Of a DNA stretch of 64,000 bases, positions 39,648 to 52,882 are shown piece after piece (positions within the stretch are counted from its first letter, which is position 1; the number at the start of each line of letters is the position of its first letter). The position numbers were made by a program, and so were the translations under genes. This DNA is from Selaginella moellendorffii. Lineage: Eukaryota > Plantae > Lycopodiophyta. Under the pieces are notes generated by a model that worked only from the letters and a program-made list of their open reading frames with translations, made no database searches and was not told the origin of the DNA. The stretch spans positions 787,645 through 851,644 of the forward strand of contig NW_003314296.1 of assembly GCF_000143415.4 (NCBI RefSeq), read 5' to 3'.

Positions 39648-42600
39648 CGATTCCTCTCTTCTCTCCTTTTCTTTGCTCCAAAGAGTTCTTCCTTCCTCAC
39701 AGAGCTCTCCTCTCTTTCTTCCTCCCCAGTGAATCTACCAAGGCTCTTGAAGATCTGTCTCCTGCTTCTATGGAGCTACCCAGTGAGTCTACCACCAAAG
39801 TTCTTGAAGATCTTTCTCCTGGTCCTATGGAGCTACACAAAATCATGAGGAGATTGGAGTGAGGCCTAGAATGAAATCACTCCATCATTGGGAGTGTGGA
39901 GGATTGAATGGAGCATCAAGTCAATGTGAGTGTGGCCATGGAAAAGAATGGAAAATTGGTGCATGGATTCCCACACTTTCTTCCTCTCTTCTTGTTTCTT
40001 ACAACAAGAACCCTCCTCAAGACTCTCTTTTGAGCCTTGAGCTCCTCTCTTTCTATTTTAACTCTCCAAGATTATCCCTCAAAACTAATCAAACCTGATA
40101 ATTGTTAGAATTCCCAGGCCTGAAACAACAACAATTACACCCACTTTGATTCTGCTGCTCTTTCCTGAGCAAAAGCACACATCAAAACATTAAAAAACAT
40201 TGACTTGATACTGATGCCTGGGTATATACCAGCTGCTGCCTTGCCTGCGTTTGACTTTATGCTGATTCTTTCGACGTGTATCACGGCCCGTATTTATACA
40301 ACCCACTCTCTACCGCTCCAACCAATACGGTGCGGAGCTGACACCTCCACTATCAGCAACTATTAATCTTTGATATGTCCAAAGCTAAAGTGCTCCTACA
40401 AAAGATTACGTATTTCTGGAAGGTAGAGCTTACAGTCCGGTCATGTATGTTAAGTTGGGAATGCATGTACAGAAAGAAGGCAGCAAATCATAATAATAGT
40501 TATTGTTATTATTATAAAATATTATATTTAATTGTGAACTTTGAGTTTAGTTTTAATTTTAAATTAATTCCTTTTTGTATTGTTTTCAAAGAGAACTAAG
40601 AGCCAAGTCCGAGTATATTCAACAAAAAACACATAGAAATTTATATTTTATATTTATTTGGCTAAGTACAAATGCTAAACCTCATCGCAAGATCATCGAG
40701 ACATTCCACTACATTTGTTTTGTCTTGGGTGTTGAATCTGGATGGAGTATGCTGGAACTGAGAGCTCCCAAACAATTCCATGTGCTTCATTTGAGGCCAA
40801 AGTCTCCAGCGACGAGTACTAAACCATGGCAACGATTCCATGTGCTTGCTCTCTAGGCCATCTCCTTGTCCCATGTGACAGACTAGTATAAACACAAACA
40901 AGTGGACCCTCCAAAGCGAGAAAGAAGAGAGGTCGATGCAAATGTTTTCTTTGAGAGTGACAAAGTTCCCTGTGGAGGAACTTGTCAAATAAATACTTCC
41001 ATAGTATATTGGTACGGTGATGCTATTAGTCTTGTAAGCTAGTTATAATATTCTCTCTTATTTATCTGTTTATCTATATGCTACTTTGATCCCATGCGTC
41101 CCAGTTGCGCGCTGCAAGAATTATTTGATAGTCTTGTGGTGGCCAATGTGAAGCATGAGACTTGTGGATGCAAGAATGCAGGCTTTGTTGAGTTTTCAAT
41201 TATGCGCGTTTACCATGTACAAATTTTCATGGAAGCTCTACGCAGACATATCGAGAAGAACTTATTTGAGAGATAGTATTTATATTATTTGAGTTGTGTT
41301 TCCTATGGCAATGGTCTTCAGCGCTCTAATATTGTCTTCCTCTTTTCTCTTTTCTTTATCGCTTTGGGCTTTGGGCTCTAGATCCTTCCTGCTGCTCATG
41401 TGAAGGAAGGAGAAACCAAGTGCACGCCAAAGCGAGGCTAAAGTCACTGCTGCATGCTGCTGCTGATGCTGCTGAGAGGAAAAGAGAAAGGCGAAGAAGA
41501 AGAAGAATTATATTTTCAGATCAGGCCACGCTCCTCTCAAAGTTTCTTGTGCTTGACATCGAGCTTTACTTTTGCCCATTTGTTTATTGCGGAGCTTTCT
41601 CCTAGCATAGCTAGGAGAAAGTCGTCCTCTCTCTGGCTCAACCATCAGGGGCATTGTTTGGAAACTCTCAAACGTTGACAATTCTGTACGGTTCACCATG
41701 CTTTTGTTCTATACAAATGCTATGATCAATAGCCCTTGAACGATCGAGCTGACCCTCTCTCAAAGTTTCACGTCAGTGGTCTTGCTCTCCAGCTGGAGCA
41801 AAAAACGCCTTCATTGCACACTTAACATCGAGTTTCTGTAGCCAGAACTAAGTATGTGATTGTCGATAGAAAACCCAAGTGAAAATATTATGGCTTTTCT
41901 TGTAAGTTGTTTAACCCTGAGTTGAAGAACACGTGTTCATCGCTAGCAGAAATCCTTAATGGAAAATGCACAGAGGTTTTGAAGCTGACTGATCTCTGAG
42001 AGAATCCCGAAAGAGACCGTCGCTCCTTTGCTCAAGTTGTATCTCCACGGAGTTTGTGCGAGGGCTTTTCTTCCTCAATGGATCACCATATCGGGTTCTA
42101 TATAAACTTAATGCCCTTATGCGCACCACCTTTACCACCTTTTCCCCAGTTTGTCCAAATCCCCAGCATGCAAATGCAAATGGAGCGTCTATTACCCTTT
42201 CACATGGTCGTGGGTTGCAACAAACGAAATGGATGGGATGGATAAGCTTTGGGCCCAAAACATTATATATTATAGGCACGCGTCTGAACCCAGCGGCACA
42301 AGCCACGCCATGATGGCCGCTGCATCAACATTTGGAATTCTTAATTCGCAAAAAAGGCTAAAGAAATATTTATTATTTTGTATAGCTAAAAATTGCTAGA
42401 ATATGATGGTTTGTTGTGGCTGTTTTAATGGTTTTTTGTCCACTATTGGCAGCCCAGGGAAAACATTAGAATAATCACATAGAATCTCCACATATTTGCA
42501 TGGCAGGTGCAAGGGGCTCGGTGGAGCGTTGTTTTGATACTGGTGGCGGGCAGCGATCCTAAAATGAGAGATGTATAACAAGCTAAAAGATTTGGTCATA

Positions 42601-44050
42601 TATACATATCTTTTATACATAAATAAAAAAAAAACCGGTGTTTCTGTTTGTAAAATTTGATATAAAGACTTTAGAGCTTCGTATCAGACAAGGCAAAGGC
42701 GTGAATGGTCCTACCAAGCAAAACTTTTTCAGAATTCCAAAAACGCCACAAAAAAAAAAAAAAGGAAAGAGGAAAAAAACAAGAGAGAAAGTTCACAATG
42801 AAAAGAATGTAGCGAAACGAGACACAAGTTGTTCCCCCTGCACAGTTTTTGTTTGTATGTTTGTTTGCAAGCGAGCGGTGACTGATCGTGAGTGTCTCGA
42901 TGGCCCAATCGTCCAGCAAGCCAGAACAATATGATGTTTCTCTGGCAGCATGATGTTCTCTCTAGCATCTATCTAGAGAACAAGGAAAACAATACAACCT
43001 TTTAGACTATACATTGATTGTAGAAACCTCCCTTGACAAGACAAAGGGATTATCCCGCCATATTTTCTAGAGCGGGAGATCATAAACTCGCCGAGATCTG
43101 GATCCGTGCTCGCATTGTTTAGCAGCAATCAAGCGGCCTTGTCGGGGAACAAAGGCAAAAGTTTTTGTGTGGAGGGGAGATCGCACCTTGTAGCCCTGGC
43201 ACATGCATATTAGATGAATGATTTTGCCAACCCAAGCTGCCGCGCTTCATGAGATCAAGGAGGGGTGTTTGTGGATTTTGTGTGGATGATTATGTATGAT
43301 CTTGCTGGTTGGCCTGTGATCCCAAATGCCAAGACAAACAAGCAAAGCTGGTCTCCTTTCCGTTGTTAATTATTTAGAAATAGTAAGTTATCATTACTTT
43401 TCCTTTTAGCACTTTTAAGACCAAAACAAACAAAAAAGCTGCTCACCCACGTTCCCTAGGAAGAAAATCCCATCACATTTTTATAATTTGCTCGAGAAAA
43501 GTAAAGAAAGAAAAAGAAAAAAAGAAACAGACTGAAATTCTAATTTTTTTTTATAAAACTTTTGCTAGTGGGCTCCTGTTGCAACTGCTGTACTACATAT
43601 GCCCCGTTCTGGCATACGTAAGAACTTCACAGTTTGCAGCAGCAGCAAATTGTAAGAACTCGGCCCTTTTTCGCTCTGCCAGTGCTTTATTCTATTTGGC
43701 CTCTGGAAGTACTCAGGGCCCTCGTCATCCCTCCCTCTGGAATCAATGCCAGTTACCAATCAAAGGCCCTTCTTGGAAGAAAGCATGGACTTCTAAAAGA
43801 ACTGAAGAGAAAAGAAAAAGAAAATGTCTCTCTTTGATTGATTGTAAACTTACATCTCGAGTTGATTCGTACCAGTCCATCACGGAGAGCTGAACCTCCC
43901 AACTTGTTCTGCCTTTTTTCTCGTTGGCTCGATTGTCCGCTAGCCCGATCATTCGTTGAATCTGGAGAAAAAGCTGCGAGATCGTCGTCAGCAAATGGAC
44001 GTTAGCGAAAAAAGAGCTGCAAACCTGTTGGTCTTTGTAAATCCTCAAGC

Positions 44051-46183
44051 TTATCCTTCTTCTCTGGTAAATTCCACGCCTTGTTCTCGTATCTGAGACT
44101 GCTTAAGCCTTCTCTGCTGCTCGCTAAGCCGCTTTCTCAACTTATCAGCCTCGTCTTTCATACCGGCTGCCATGAAGATGCTCGCTAATGCAACGTAAGG
44201 CCCGGAGTCAGCAGGATCGATCTCGATAGCCTTCTCTGCTGCAAATCTCCCTCGATCGACATCTCCGTGGAGCTTGCACGCACCCAAGAGTGTCATCCAG
44301 ATCACAGCCCCCGGCCGAGCTTCCATGTTCGCGATAAACTTCTCGGCCTCCTCTAGCTTCCCAGCCCGTCCTAGCAGATCCACAACGCAACCGCAGTGCT
44401 TCTCTGAAGGCTCGATCCCACATTCCTCGACCATGCACAGGAACAGCTCCCAGGCCTTGTCAACCAGTCCGGCATGGCTGCAAGCCAAGAACACGTTGAT
44501 GAAAGTCACGTCGTTCGGCCTCACACCATCTATGTCCATGAGCGGGAAGAAGCCGAGAGCCTCCTCAAACTTCCCGTGTTCTGTCAGTGCCGAGATCATC
44601 GAGTTGAAAGCCCCTATTTCCTTCCGCTGGATCTTCTCAAACACCACCTTCGCTTCGTCACACCGCCCAAACTTGCTATACATGCTGAGGAGCGAATTCG
44701 CGACCACCGGAACAGCCTCGAATCCACTGGCAGTGATCTTCGCGTGAGCTCTGCGGCCTTCTTCAACGTCGCCAACGCTGCCACACGCGGCCAGCAACGT
44801 CACGTAAGTCAGCTCGTCGGCCTCCACGCTCATCGTCTTGTAGAGCTCGAGAGCCTTTTCACCCTGTCCGTGCTGCAAGTAGAGCGCCATCATCCCGTTC
44901 CACGACACCACCCTCTGCTTGTCACTCCGGAGATCAAAAACTTTCCTGGCGTGCTGGAGCTCTCCACACTTCCCATACATGTTTACCACCGCGTTGGCCA
45001 CCACTGGATCCCTGTCAAGCCCCTCGCCGACGGCGTCCTTGTGGACGAGAGTCCCCTGCTTGAGATCCTTCAAGTTCGTGCAAACCTCCAGCAGCACCAC
45101 GAAAGTCACGGCATCGGGAGCCATATCAAACTCCTTGCGCATTCCTTCCCGGTAGAGCGTGAGAGCCTTGTGGTTCTCACCATAGTCGGCGTAGACGGAG
45201 ATCATCGTGTTCCACAGCACAACGTCGTCCTTGTAGCTCCGATCGAAAACCTTCCACGCATCGGCCAGGCTTCCACACTTTGCAAACATGTTGACGAGCG
45301 CAGCGCCGACTTCTACGTGGTAGAGACAATCCATCGCTCGGACGACGCTCTTGTAGAGCCGGTGCGCGAGCAGCAAGGACCTGAGAAGCGAGCACGCGGT
45401 TATGACACTTACAATGCAAATCTCGTCGGGAAAGATACCTTCCAAGTTCATCCGCGAGAACGTCTTGAGAGCTCCAATGCCGTCTCCATTCCTGGCAAAT
45501 GCGGTGATCATCGACGTCCAGCACACAGCGTCCTTGCAATCCACGCAGTGGAAGGCTTCTTCCGCCGAGAGCAAGCTTCCAGCAGCGCTAAACGCGTTGA
45601 TGAGCGCGGTGGCGACGACTGGATTGGTTTCCAGCCCGAGCTCTTTGATCCGGCCATGGAGAGAATTCACGTCCACCAAGCTGGAGCACGCCTCGAGCAC
45701 CGAGACAAAGGTGACGGCGCTTGGAAGAGCCGGCGCCATTCGCTTATACAGATCCAGAGCGTGATCGTCCAAGCCATTGTTTACGTATGCCCCGATCATG
45801 ATGTTCCAGGAGAAGACGTTCTTGTCAGCTATGGCGTCGAAGATCTTCCTGGCTTCTTGGACAGCGCCACACTTCCCATACATCTGGATGAGGAGATTCT
45901 GGACGAATCTGTCGCGGGCGTCTCCCGATCGAGCGATCTGCTGGTGGACCGCGCGGCCGATGGACAGATGCTCGGGAGCTGTGCATCGCTGGAGGAGATT
46001 GCCGATGAATGTCGCCCTGCTGCCGTGACGGAGCTGCGGCAGCTTGCCCAGCGCATCCTCCACATCCTCTATCGACTGTGCAGTGGATTGCGGGATGGAT
46101 TGAGAGGGATTACCGTGGGAGCTGGCCGCTTTCCTGGGTCGCCTCCTCCATTTGAGACCAGCTTGAAATGACCTGAAACGCAT
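44051..46183 (-). CDS. PLS-class PPR protein with E domain, no DYW
   Basis: P-L-S triplets (NLLIQMYGKCG, VFSWNIMIGAY, PNDVTFINVFLACSHAG), HCGCVVDLLGRAG, WMTLLGACKLHGD. Confidence 0.92.
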   Translation of the reverse strand: MRFRSFQAGLKWRRRPRKAASSHGNPSQSIPQSTAQSIEDVEDALGKLPQLRHGSRATFIGNLLQRCTAPEHLSIGRAVHQQIARSGDARDRFVQNLLIQMYGKCGAVQEARKIFDAIADKNVFSWNIMIGAYVNNGLDDHALDLYKRMAPALPSAVTFVSVLEACSSLVDVNSLHGRIKELGLETNPVVATALINAFSAAGSLLSAEEAFHCVDCKDAVCWTSMITAFARNGDGIGALKTFSRMNLEGIFPDEICIVSVITACSLLRSLLLAHRLYKSVVRAMDCLYHVEVGAALVNMFAKCGSLADAWKVFDRSYKDDVVLWNTMISVYADYGENHKALTLYREGMRKEFDMAPDAVTFVVLLEVCTNLKDLKQGTLVHKDAVGEGLDRDPVVANAVVNMYGKCGELQHARKVFDLRSDKQRVVSWNGMMALYLQHGQGEKALELYKTMSVEADELTYVTLLAACGSVGDVEEGRRAHAKITASGFEAVPVVANSLLSMYSKFGRCDEAKVVFEKIQRKEIGAFNSMISALTEHGKFEEALGFFPLMDIDGVRPNDVTFINVFLACSHAGLVDKAWELFLCMVEECGIEPSEKHCGCVVDLLGRAGKLEEAEKFIANMEARPGAVIWMTLLGACKLHGDVDRGRFAAEKAIEIDPADSGPYVALASIFMAAGMKDEADKLRKRLSEQQRRLKQSQIREQGVEFTREEG

Positions 46184-47524
46184 TCTTCGATTCCTTACCC
46201 TAACTTTAAATCTAAAATATGAGAAAAAATGTGAAAATAATTTTTTAAACTTAATTTTTTTTAAATATTATTTTGACATGGAAGGAAATTAAAAAGATTC
46301 ATGTATTGTTTTATAAAAACACTCAAAAATATTTATTCACCACCACTATTTAGTGGTGGTATTATCAGTGATATATATTAATATTAAAATTAATTTATAA
46401 TATATTTATATGTCTTAAAGTCTATGTGGTTGATAATAAATAATGGTAACTGGAATAGATAGCTAAGATTATAACATTTTGTGGTAAATAAATATTTAAT
46501 ATAAATAGATACATAATAAAAGCTTTTATTTTGTTAAAGAAAATATTAAAATTTTTAAAAAAATATTACTATATAAAGTTAATTTTTTAATTTGTTTAAT
46601 GACAAATATTTTTAATAATTAATATAATGTAAACTAGTAAAATCCAGTGGACCCATATGAGTTTAATGCAAAGAGGAAACCATCACAACTTTTATACTAG
46701 TAAACAAATAATTCCCTATGGATAAATGTTTTTAGATTTTAATTTGAAAATTAAATTTAACATTTATTAACCTTATTTAGTTGTTAAGTATATTTTTTTA
46801 TTAATTTGCTAGTTTTTAATAATTTAATACATATTTATTCAAATCGATAACAGGAAAAATTTCAGAAAGTTATTAAACAAGAAAACTATAATTGATAATG
46901 AAAAAATTCTAAAGACTAAGTGGAAGTGAAAAAAAAGAGGCATTTTGTGAAGTATAACATGCACTTTCATTTAAAATTTTATATAAGTTATCTGTAGTTA
47001 TACTTAAGTTGATTATAAATGACTTTTCTAAATATAGGTATTTTATAATTTTATAAATAGCAAAAGATTAGTTTTATAACTTGACTCACTTAACAACTAA
47101 AAGTAATTCTTTAGTTTTATATAAAAGCTAGCTATATGCTATTAGGTTTTCTGAATTAGAAATATATGAAAAGTAAAGAACCAATACATTAGATATAATA
47201 ATTTTAAAATATAAATTTTAATTTAACCTAGAGAATCATAAAAGCTAAATTTCATCTTGAACTTCTTAGAAATAGTAACTCCATATAAAGTAAATCATGT
47301 GAAAGGTAACAATGGTTATGATAAACAATATAACACATAACTCACAAATGCAAGCAATTTTATACAATGATGCCAACTTAAATAATGTTGGATGTAGAAG
47401 CTAAGTTACGGTTTGTATATTTCCTTTAAGATTAAAATAATTAAAGCTGAAGGTAAAGGTCTTTACGTCATGACTAATAAAGGTTGAACTGATTGATGGC
47501 TTTGGGCCTTAAACAATGGATATT

Positions 47525-48280
47525 GCCTCCCGGTAAACACCATCCTGTTTTAGTCTCTCTCTACCCAACTGGCAATGATGTGGCATGATTATATGGCACT
47601 TCTCTCTTTCCACTTCCAACTCTTTCTCTCTCTCTCTCTCTCTCTCGTGCTGCCACACAAAATTACTTCCAATCACTTTAACTTGGACAAAAGAGGGTTT
47701 TTTTCCTTTGCATCCAATGCCAACAAGTGTGTAACTATCAGGATTGGTGGACTTCGCCTCTTCTCTCGGGGGTTTTAGGTTCTGGAATGGAAATGCTGGT
47801 CGACCCAAGCCGCAGCAGCAGCAGCAGCTAGATTGGAACTCAGTGGTACTGTTAGCTCTAGCGTCATGGAATATAGGCATGCTCTTCATCTTTGCACAGC
47901 CTGGAGCTCTTTGAACTATTGCTACATAATCTTCTCCTGTTGGATCATCCTCAGTTTTATTTTTCCAATGAATGCCTTGCAAGCTTTTAAGCACACTCTT
48001 GAGGATCCACTGGAACTTCGCAGGTGGATGGGCGATGATCCTTGTTCAACTTTGTCGTCATGGAGAGGAATCAAATATGGTGGAGATAGCCATGCTGTTG
48101 TCTCGCTGTTCTCTCTCCATGAAGAACAAACAATGGAAAAAAATGTTTCCGAACTCTAGGACGCCAAAAGAAGTGCCGGTCAAAAGCCAAGAGAAACCAC
48201 AGTCGGACAGACAGAGAAGTGCCATGTAATCATGCCACATCATTGCCAGCTGGGTGGAGAGAGGGTGTTTAACGGGAGGC
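47525..48280. mobile_element. Pack-MULE-like non-autonomous Mutator element carrying an LRR-receptor gene fragment
   Basis: TIRs 47525-47605 and 48213-48280; 9-bp TSD ATGGATATT (47516-47524, 48281-48289); internal NALQAFKHTLEDPLELRRWMGDDPCSTLSSWRGI is an LRR N-terminal cap. Confidence 0.85.
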
Positions 48281-49393
48281 ATGGATATTTTGCACAGCCA
48301 ACACTTTTCTAAATGAAAGGACAAGTTTCTAAATGCAAGGATGAGCAGGCTCTAGAAGACGCAGAGACATTGCTTGCGCTTGACGCCACACGCTTGAAGA
48401 GTATTCACAGGAAAGTTATAGTCAATGTCACCATAATGTTGTGTGTATTCATATGCATCCAGGGCGTGTTCGTATAAGGAGCTCAACAAGCTCTACATAA
48501 ACGTGAGCAAAATTTTTGATTGGTGGAATTGCTGGGAGATAAGCCCCTCACATGCACCATACAAATTGGAGGTTGGCTTCTCTCTTTCTTCTCATTCTAG
48601 CATTTCTTCATCAATTTTCTCTTGATAGCAGGAAGATATAAGAGCCTCTTGGCTGTGGAGCTCCCGTTTGAGGAAGAAAAGAGAAAGAATGCCATGGCAT
48701 ACTCTCAAAACATCTCTCAAGCTCGTCAATCACAGTGTTTGGAAGCTGTCCTCTTCTTCTCGAATTTCTATTGCCAGCGGCAAGATCACCATATTAAGAT
48801 TCTATGTGGGCCCGCTTGGACCATGGCCTCGACGGGGACTCCCCACTCCCCTTCTCTACTCGTGGTTCTCTGGAATCCATGTTGCACCGGATCAAAATGT
48901 GACTCAATGTGATCGTGAGCAGTGCGCTCGTCATATGGGGTTGGATTCACGCTCCAAAGAAGGTTTGTCCAGCGTCGATCCCGACCTGATGATGTGGCAA
49001 ATAGGCTTCCACATGACGTGGAAACCGTGACAATCACAAATTGTTTACTATTTAAAACACTATAAAAAGAAAACATACTAGAATAAGGAATTAATAATAT
49101 TAATACCAACAAAATTCAAACAATGTTGTTTTTCTTAGCACTAAACTACTAAAGTTACCTTTTGTTTATAAACATATATAACACATTGTGAGTGCCTGGA
49201 ATATGGAAAGGGAATACAGAAATGTGCATATCAATTAGCCCAAAAACCCTAACTTATATACAGGAGCGAGTGGTCCAGATTGAAATCAATCCGACGGCTA
49301 CCAAAATCCCACTATGCTAATATTAGTATACGGCATCATAACCGTACACTTGGCCCTCACATCATCCCCTCCTCTCGGGATAATGGAAGACCA

Positions 49394-52300
49394 TCAAGGT
49401 TCTCTTGAAGATGGGCTGGGATCCGGAGGAACGTCAGGAGGAGGTATTGGTGGATCTGTAGGTGGTATTAACTCCTCCTGATCCCTTTGTATGAAGCGTT
49501 TCAGCCGTTGCACATGCATAATCTCTGGAGGATCGGCCTGCTGAACGTCATGCCGAACCTTATAAACTTGTGGTCCAACTTGCCGCAACACTCGATACGG
49601 TCCTTTCCATTGCGCAAAAAGCCCCTTAGATAAACCACGTACCGTAAGATGGGGAAAACGGACTAACACCAAATCATCCACTTTGTACTCCGCAGGTGGA
49701 CGATGATGGGAGTTATAGCGCCGTTGTTGTCCCACTTGTACGCGGCCTAAGTGTTCGGCAGACTCTGCTCGGACAAGTGGAAGAATGCTTGTCAAATACT
49801 GATCCCATGATCTAGCATCGGCAGCTCGTGGCAATCGCAAAGGTAAACCCAGCTCCGTTGGTAAAATTGGATCATGACCATATAGGAGTTTATATGGTGA
49901 AACACCAACAGAACTCTGCACCCTTGTAACATATGCATACCGAAGAGACGGCAAATAACCATCCCAATCCGAATGCTGAAAGTTCACATACTTCGCAATC
50001 ATCCCTTTGAATGTCCGAACGAGCCGTTCCACCAGACCATCTGATTGCGGATGATAAACACTCGTGAAAGTGTGGCGTATCCCCAACCGAGACGTCAAAA
50101 CATGAAATGCCTCAGCCATAAATGCGGGACCATTATCCGAAAGAATCCGCTCTGGACAAGAATGCTGGAACACCACTCGATTGAGGAGGAAGTATCCAAC
50201 AGCAGTTGCAGAGGCACTAGCAAGAGCACCAACTTCCACCCAGCGAGTCAAGTAGTCAGAAGCAATAATAACATACTCATTGTCAGCAGTTGACCGTGGA
50301 AAAGGTCCCATAAGATCAAATGCCACTAACTTAAACGGACAGGAAACCGCAATTGACTCCAACCGTCCTTCCGTAGCACGAGGGGGAGTATTACGAGCTT
50401 GGCACCAAATGCAGCTACGCACATACCGAATAATATCACGTCGCATCTCCGGCCAATAGAAAGACTTGCGCAGCTTCTCGGTAACACGACGGTGTCCCAT
50501 ATGCCCACCTAGAACAGGAGAATCATGGTAGGCATGGAGAAACCGTGGAATAAACACCGAAGGCACCACAAGCCGTAAATGATTATCAGGATCCGTCCCC
50601 ACAAAATAAAGAAGGCCATCTTCAAGGCGATATTGAGAATGTAAATGCCGGAAAGGCAAGTCATTAGCAAGTGATGCAGGATTCTCAAACCCATCTCGAA
50701 GCCTTCGAATCCACGGCTCAATCTTTTGAGCCTCGCGAACCTCATCAAGAGAAGGTAGATCTTGCTCTGCGCCTTGTGGACACTGAACATCAAGGACAGC
50801 AACCGCCGACGGCACAGAATCCTCATCTAGAAAATCCACAGATGCTGGAACAACAGGTTCTTCAAAAACATGAGAAGTGAGTGGAGAAGGAAGAGGAGCT
50901 CGAGAAAGGGCATCAGCATCAGCCATAGAACTCCTTGGGCGATGAACAACATCGAAATCATATATCTCAAGTTTCAAAGCCCATCGAGCCGTACGACCAA
51001 CCAGGTTCTTCTGCTTCAATAATGAAGTAACAGCAGCATGGTCACCTTCAAGTAACGTCCGAGAACCATGTAGATATGCATGAAGTTTCTCGAAACCCCA
51101 AACTGCTGCTAAACACTCCTTCTCCGTCGTGGAGTAGTTCATCTCCGCTGGTTGTAATGTACGGCTTATGTATGCAATGGGGTGGCGCTAACCAAACACA
51201 CTCGAGCTCTCTTGCATCAACACACCTCCAAGACCAATGTCAGAAGCATCTACGCGCAAAATAAAAGGTCGAGTATAGTCAGGATATGCCAAAACCGGAG
51301 GAGTCGTCAATAGCTCCTTGAGATCCATGAACGCCCGCTCACAATCCGGAGACCAGATGAAAGATGACGTTGATGACTTCAGCAACGCTCGCAATGGTGT
51401 AGTGTGATCGGAAAGATGATCCACAAAACAACCGAGATACTGCATCTTACCCAAGAAGCGCTGCACATCATTCACACACTTCGGAGTAGGGAACTTTAGA
51501 ACAGCCACAAGTTTGTCAGGATCAACTTGCAAACCCTCACGAGAAATACGGTACCCAAGATAAGTTGTGTCCTTAGACCCAAACACGCACTTTGACCGCT
51601 TCAGCTTTAAACCAACGTCACGTAGCCGATCCAACACTTTACAAACATCACGAACGTGCTCCTCCCACGTCCCCTCCGAGTGGATCAAGACATCATCAAT
51701 GAAGTCAGCAGTCACTTCCAGCATATCGCAAAGAACCTCGTCCATCATCCGCTGGAAAGTTGCTGAAGCATTATTCAAACCAAACGGCATTACCAAGAAC
51801 TCGTACAAACCAAATGGTGTACAAAAAGCAGTCTTAGGAATATCTTCTTCGGCCATTGGTACTTGCCAATACCCAGAAGCAAGATCTAGCTTGGTGAACC
51901 AACGACTTTGCCCCAGACGATCTAAGAGATCAGCAGTGTGAGGAAGAGGATATACATTTGGGATCATCACTTCGTTTAACGGACGATAGTCGATGCAAAA
52001 CCGAATACTCCCATCAGGCTTCGTCACAAGATGAGGTTCACATGCCCAAGGACTCTGCGACTTCCGAATAACACCCTTCTCCAGCATTTCCTTGACGTTG
52101 GCTCGTAAAATCTTGATCTCCTTAGGTGACCGACGACGAACAGGAACCTTGATTGGACGAGCATCCCCAGTTGGAATCGGATGACGTGTGGCAATCTTGG
52201 CCCCAAACGATATGTCAAATTCAAAGAGATTAGAATACTCCGTCATGAGCCGGTCAACTGCTGCAACACAAAGATCGTCGGAGGGATCGGAAAAGGGAAA

Positions 52301-52882
52301 AGCAGAACAAGATGGAAACACAGAAGGAAAAAGTGGGGGAACAAAAGTAATGGAAGCAGAGGTAAAAGTAGAGGGACGAAGAGGTATGGAAGTGAGAGGA
52401 ATGGATGAAACATAAGGAAGGATGAGACAAGGGGGAGAAGCCTCAAAGTCACACTTGGCATGATTGCGCTGCAACCAATCCATACCAAGAATGAGTTCAA
52501 AAGCTTGACTCAGCACCACCCGCAACGACTGCAACTCAAGCTCGAGATCGCCCACACGCACAACCAGGTCCACCTCATCCCATGCACATGCATGTGTACG
52601 ACCGTTGCCATAAAGAATGAAAACTGGTTCTGCCGCACGACGCAAGTGTAGACGACAACGTGTGGTAATAGGTCGAGCAATAGAAGATAAACTCGAACCT
52701 GTATCAACCAACACGGAGAGAATAATAAGAGACCTCTTGTTATAAAAACGAGCTTGGAAAGTAAACACGGGATGAACCGGTGCCGAGTGAACCCCTTGAT
52801 GATACTCTCGAAAGAAAGATGGAGGGGTCACTGATTTATTTGCGCAAGGTCCCTCCATTACTCGCGCGACTCCTCGTTTCCC
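49394..52882 (-). pseudogene. pol: Gypsy Pol (PR-RT-RNaseH-INT) in the -1 frame, one in-frame nonsense codon
   Basis: VDTGSS, LDLASGYWQ, MPFGL, FIDD, DASDIGLGGVL, then TAG at 51188-51190 followed in frame by RHPIAYISR..NYSTTEKE; HHCC zinc finger, DDE core, KGPY. Confidence 0.92.

Noticed and set aside
44474-46171. 565-aa plus-strand ORF
   Set aside because: Antisense shadow of the PPR gene.
46200-47500. Very AT-rich block
   Set aside because: No ORF, terminal repeats or periodicity that I could support.
51188-51190. Programmed stop-codon readthrough in pol
   Set aside because: The TAG is in mid-RNase H with no readthrough context; a point mutation is simpler.
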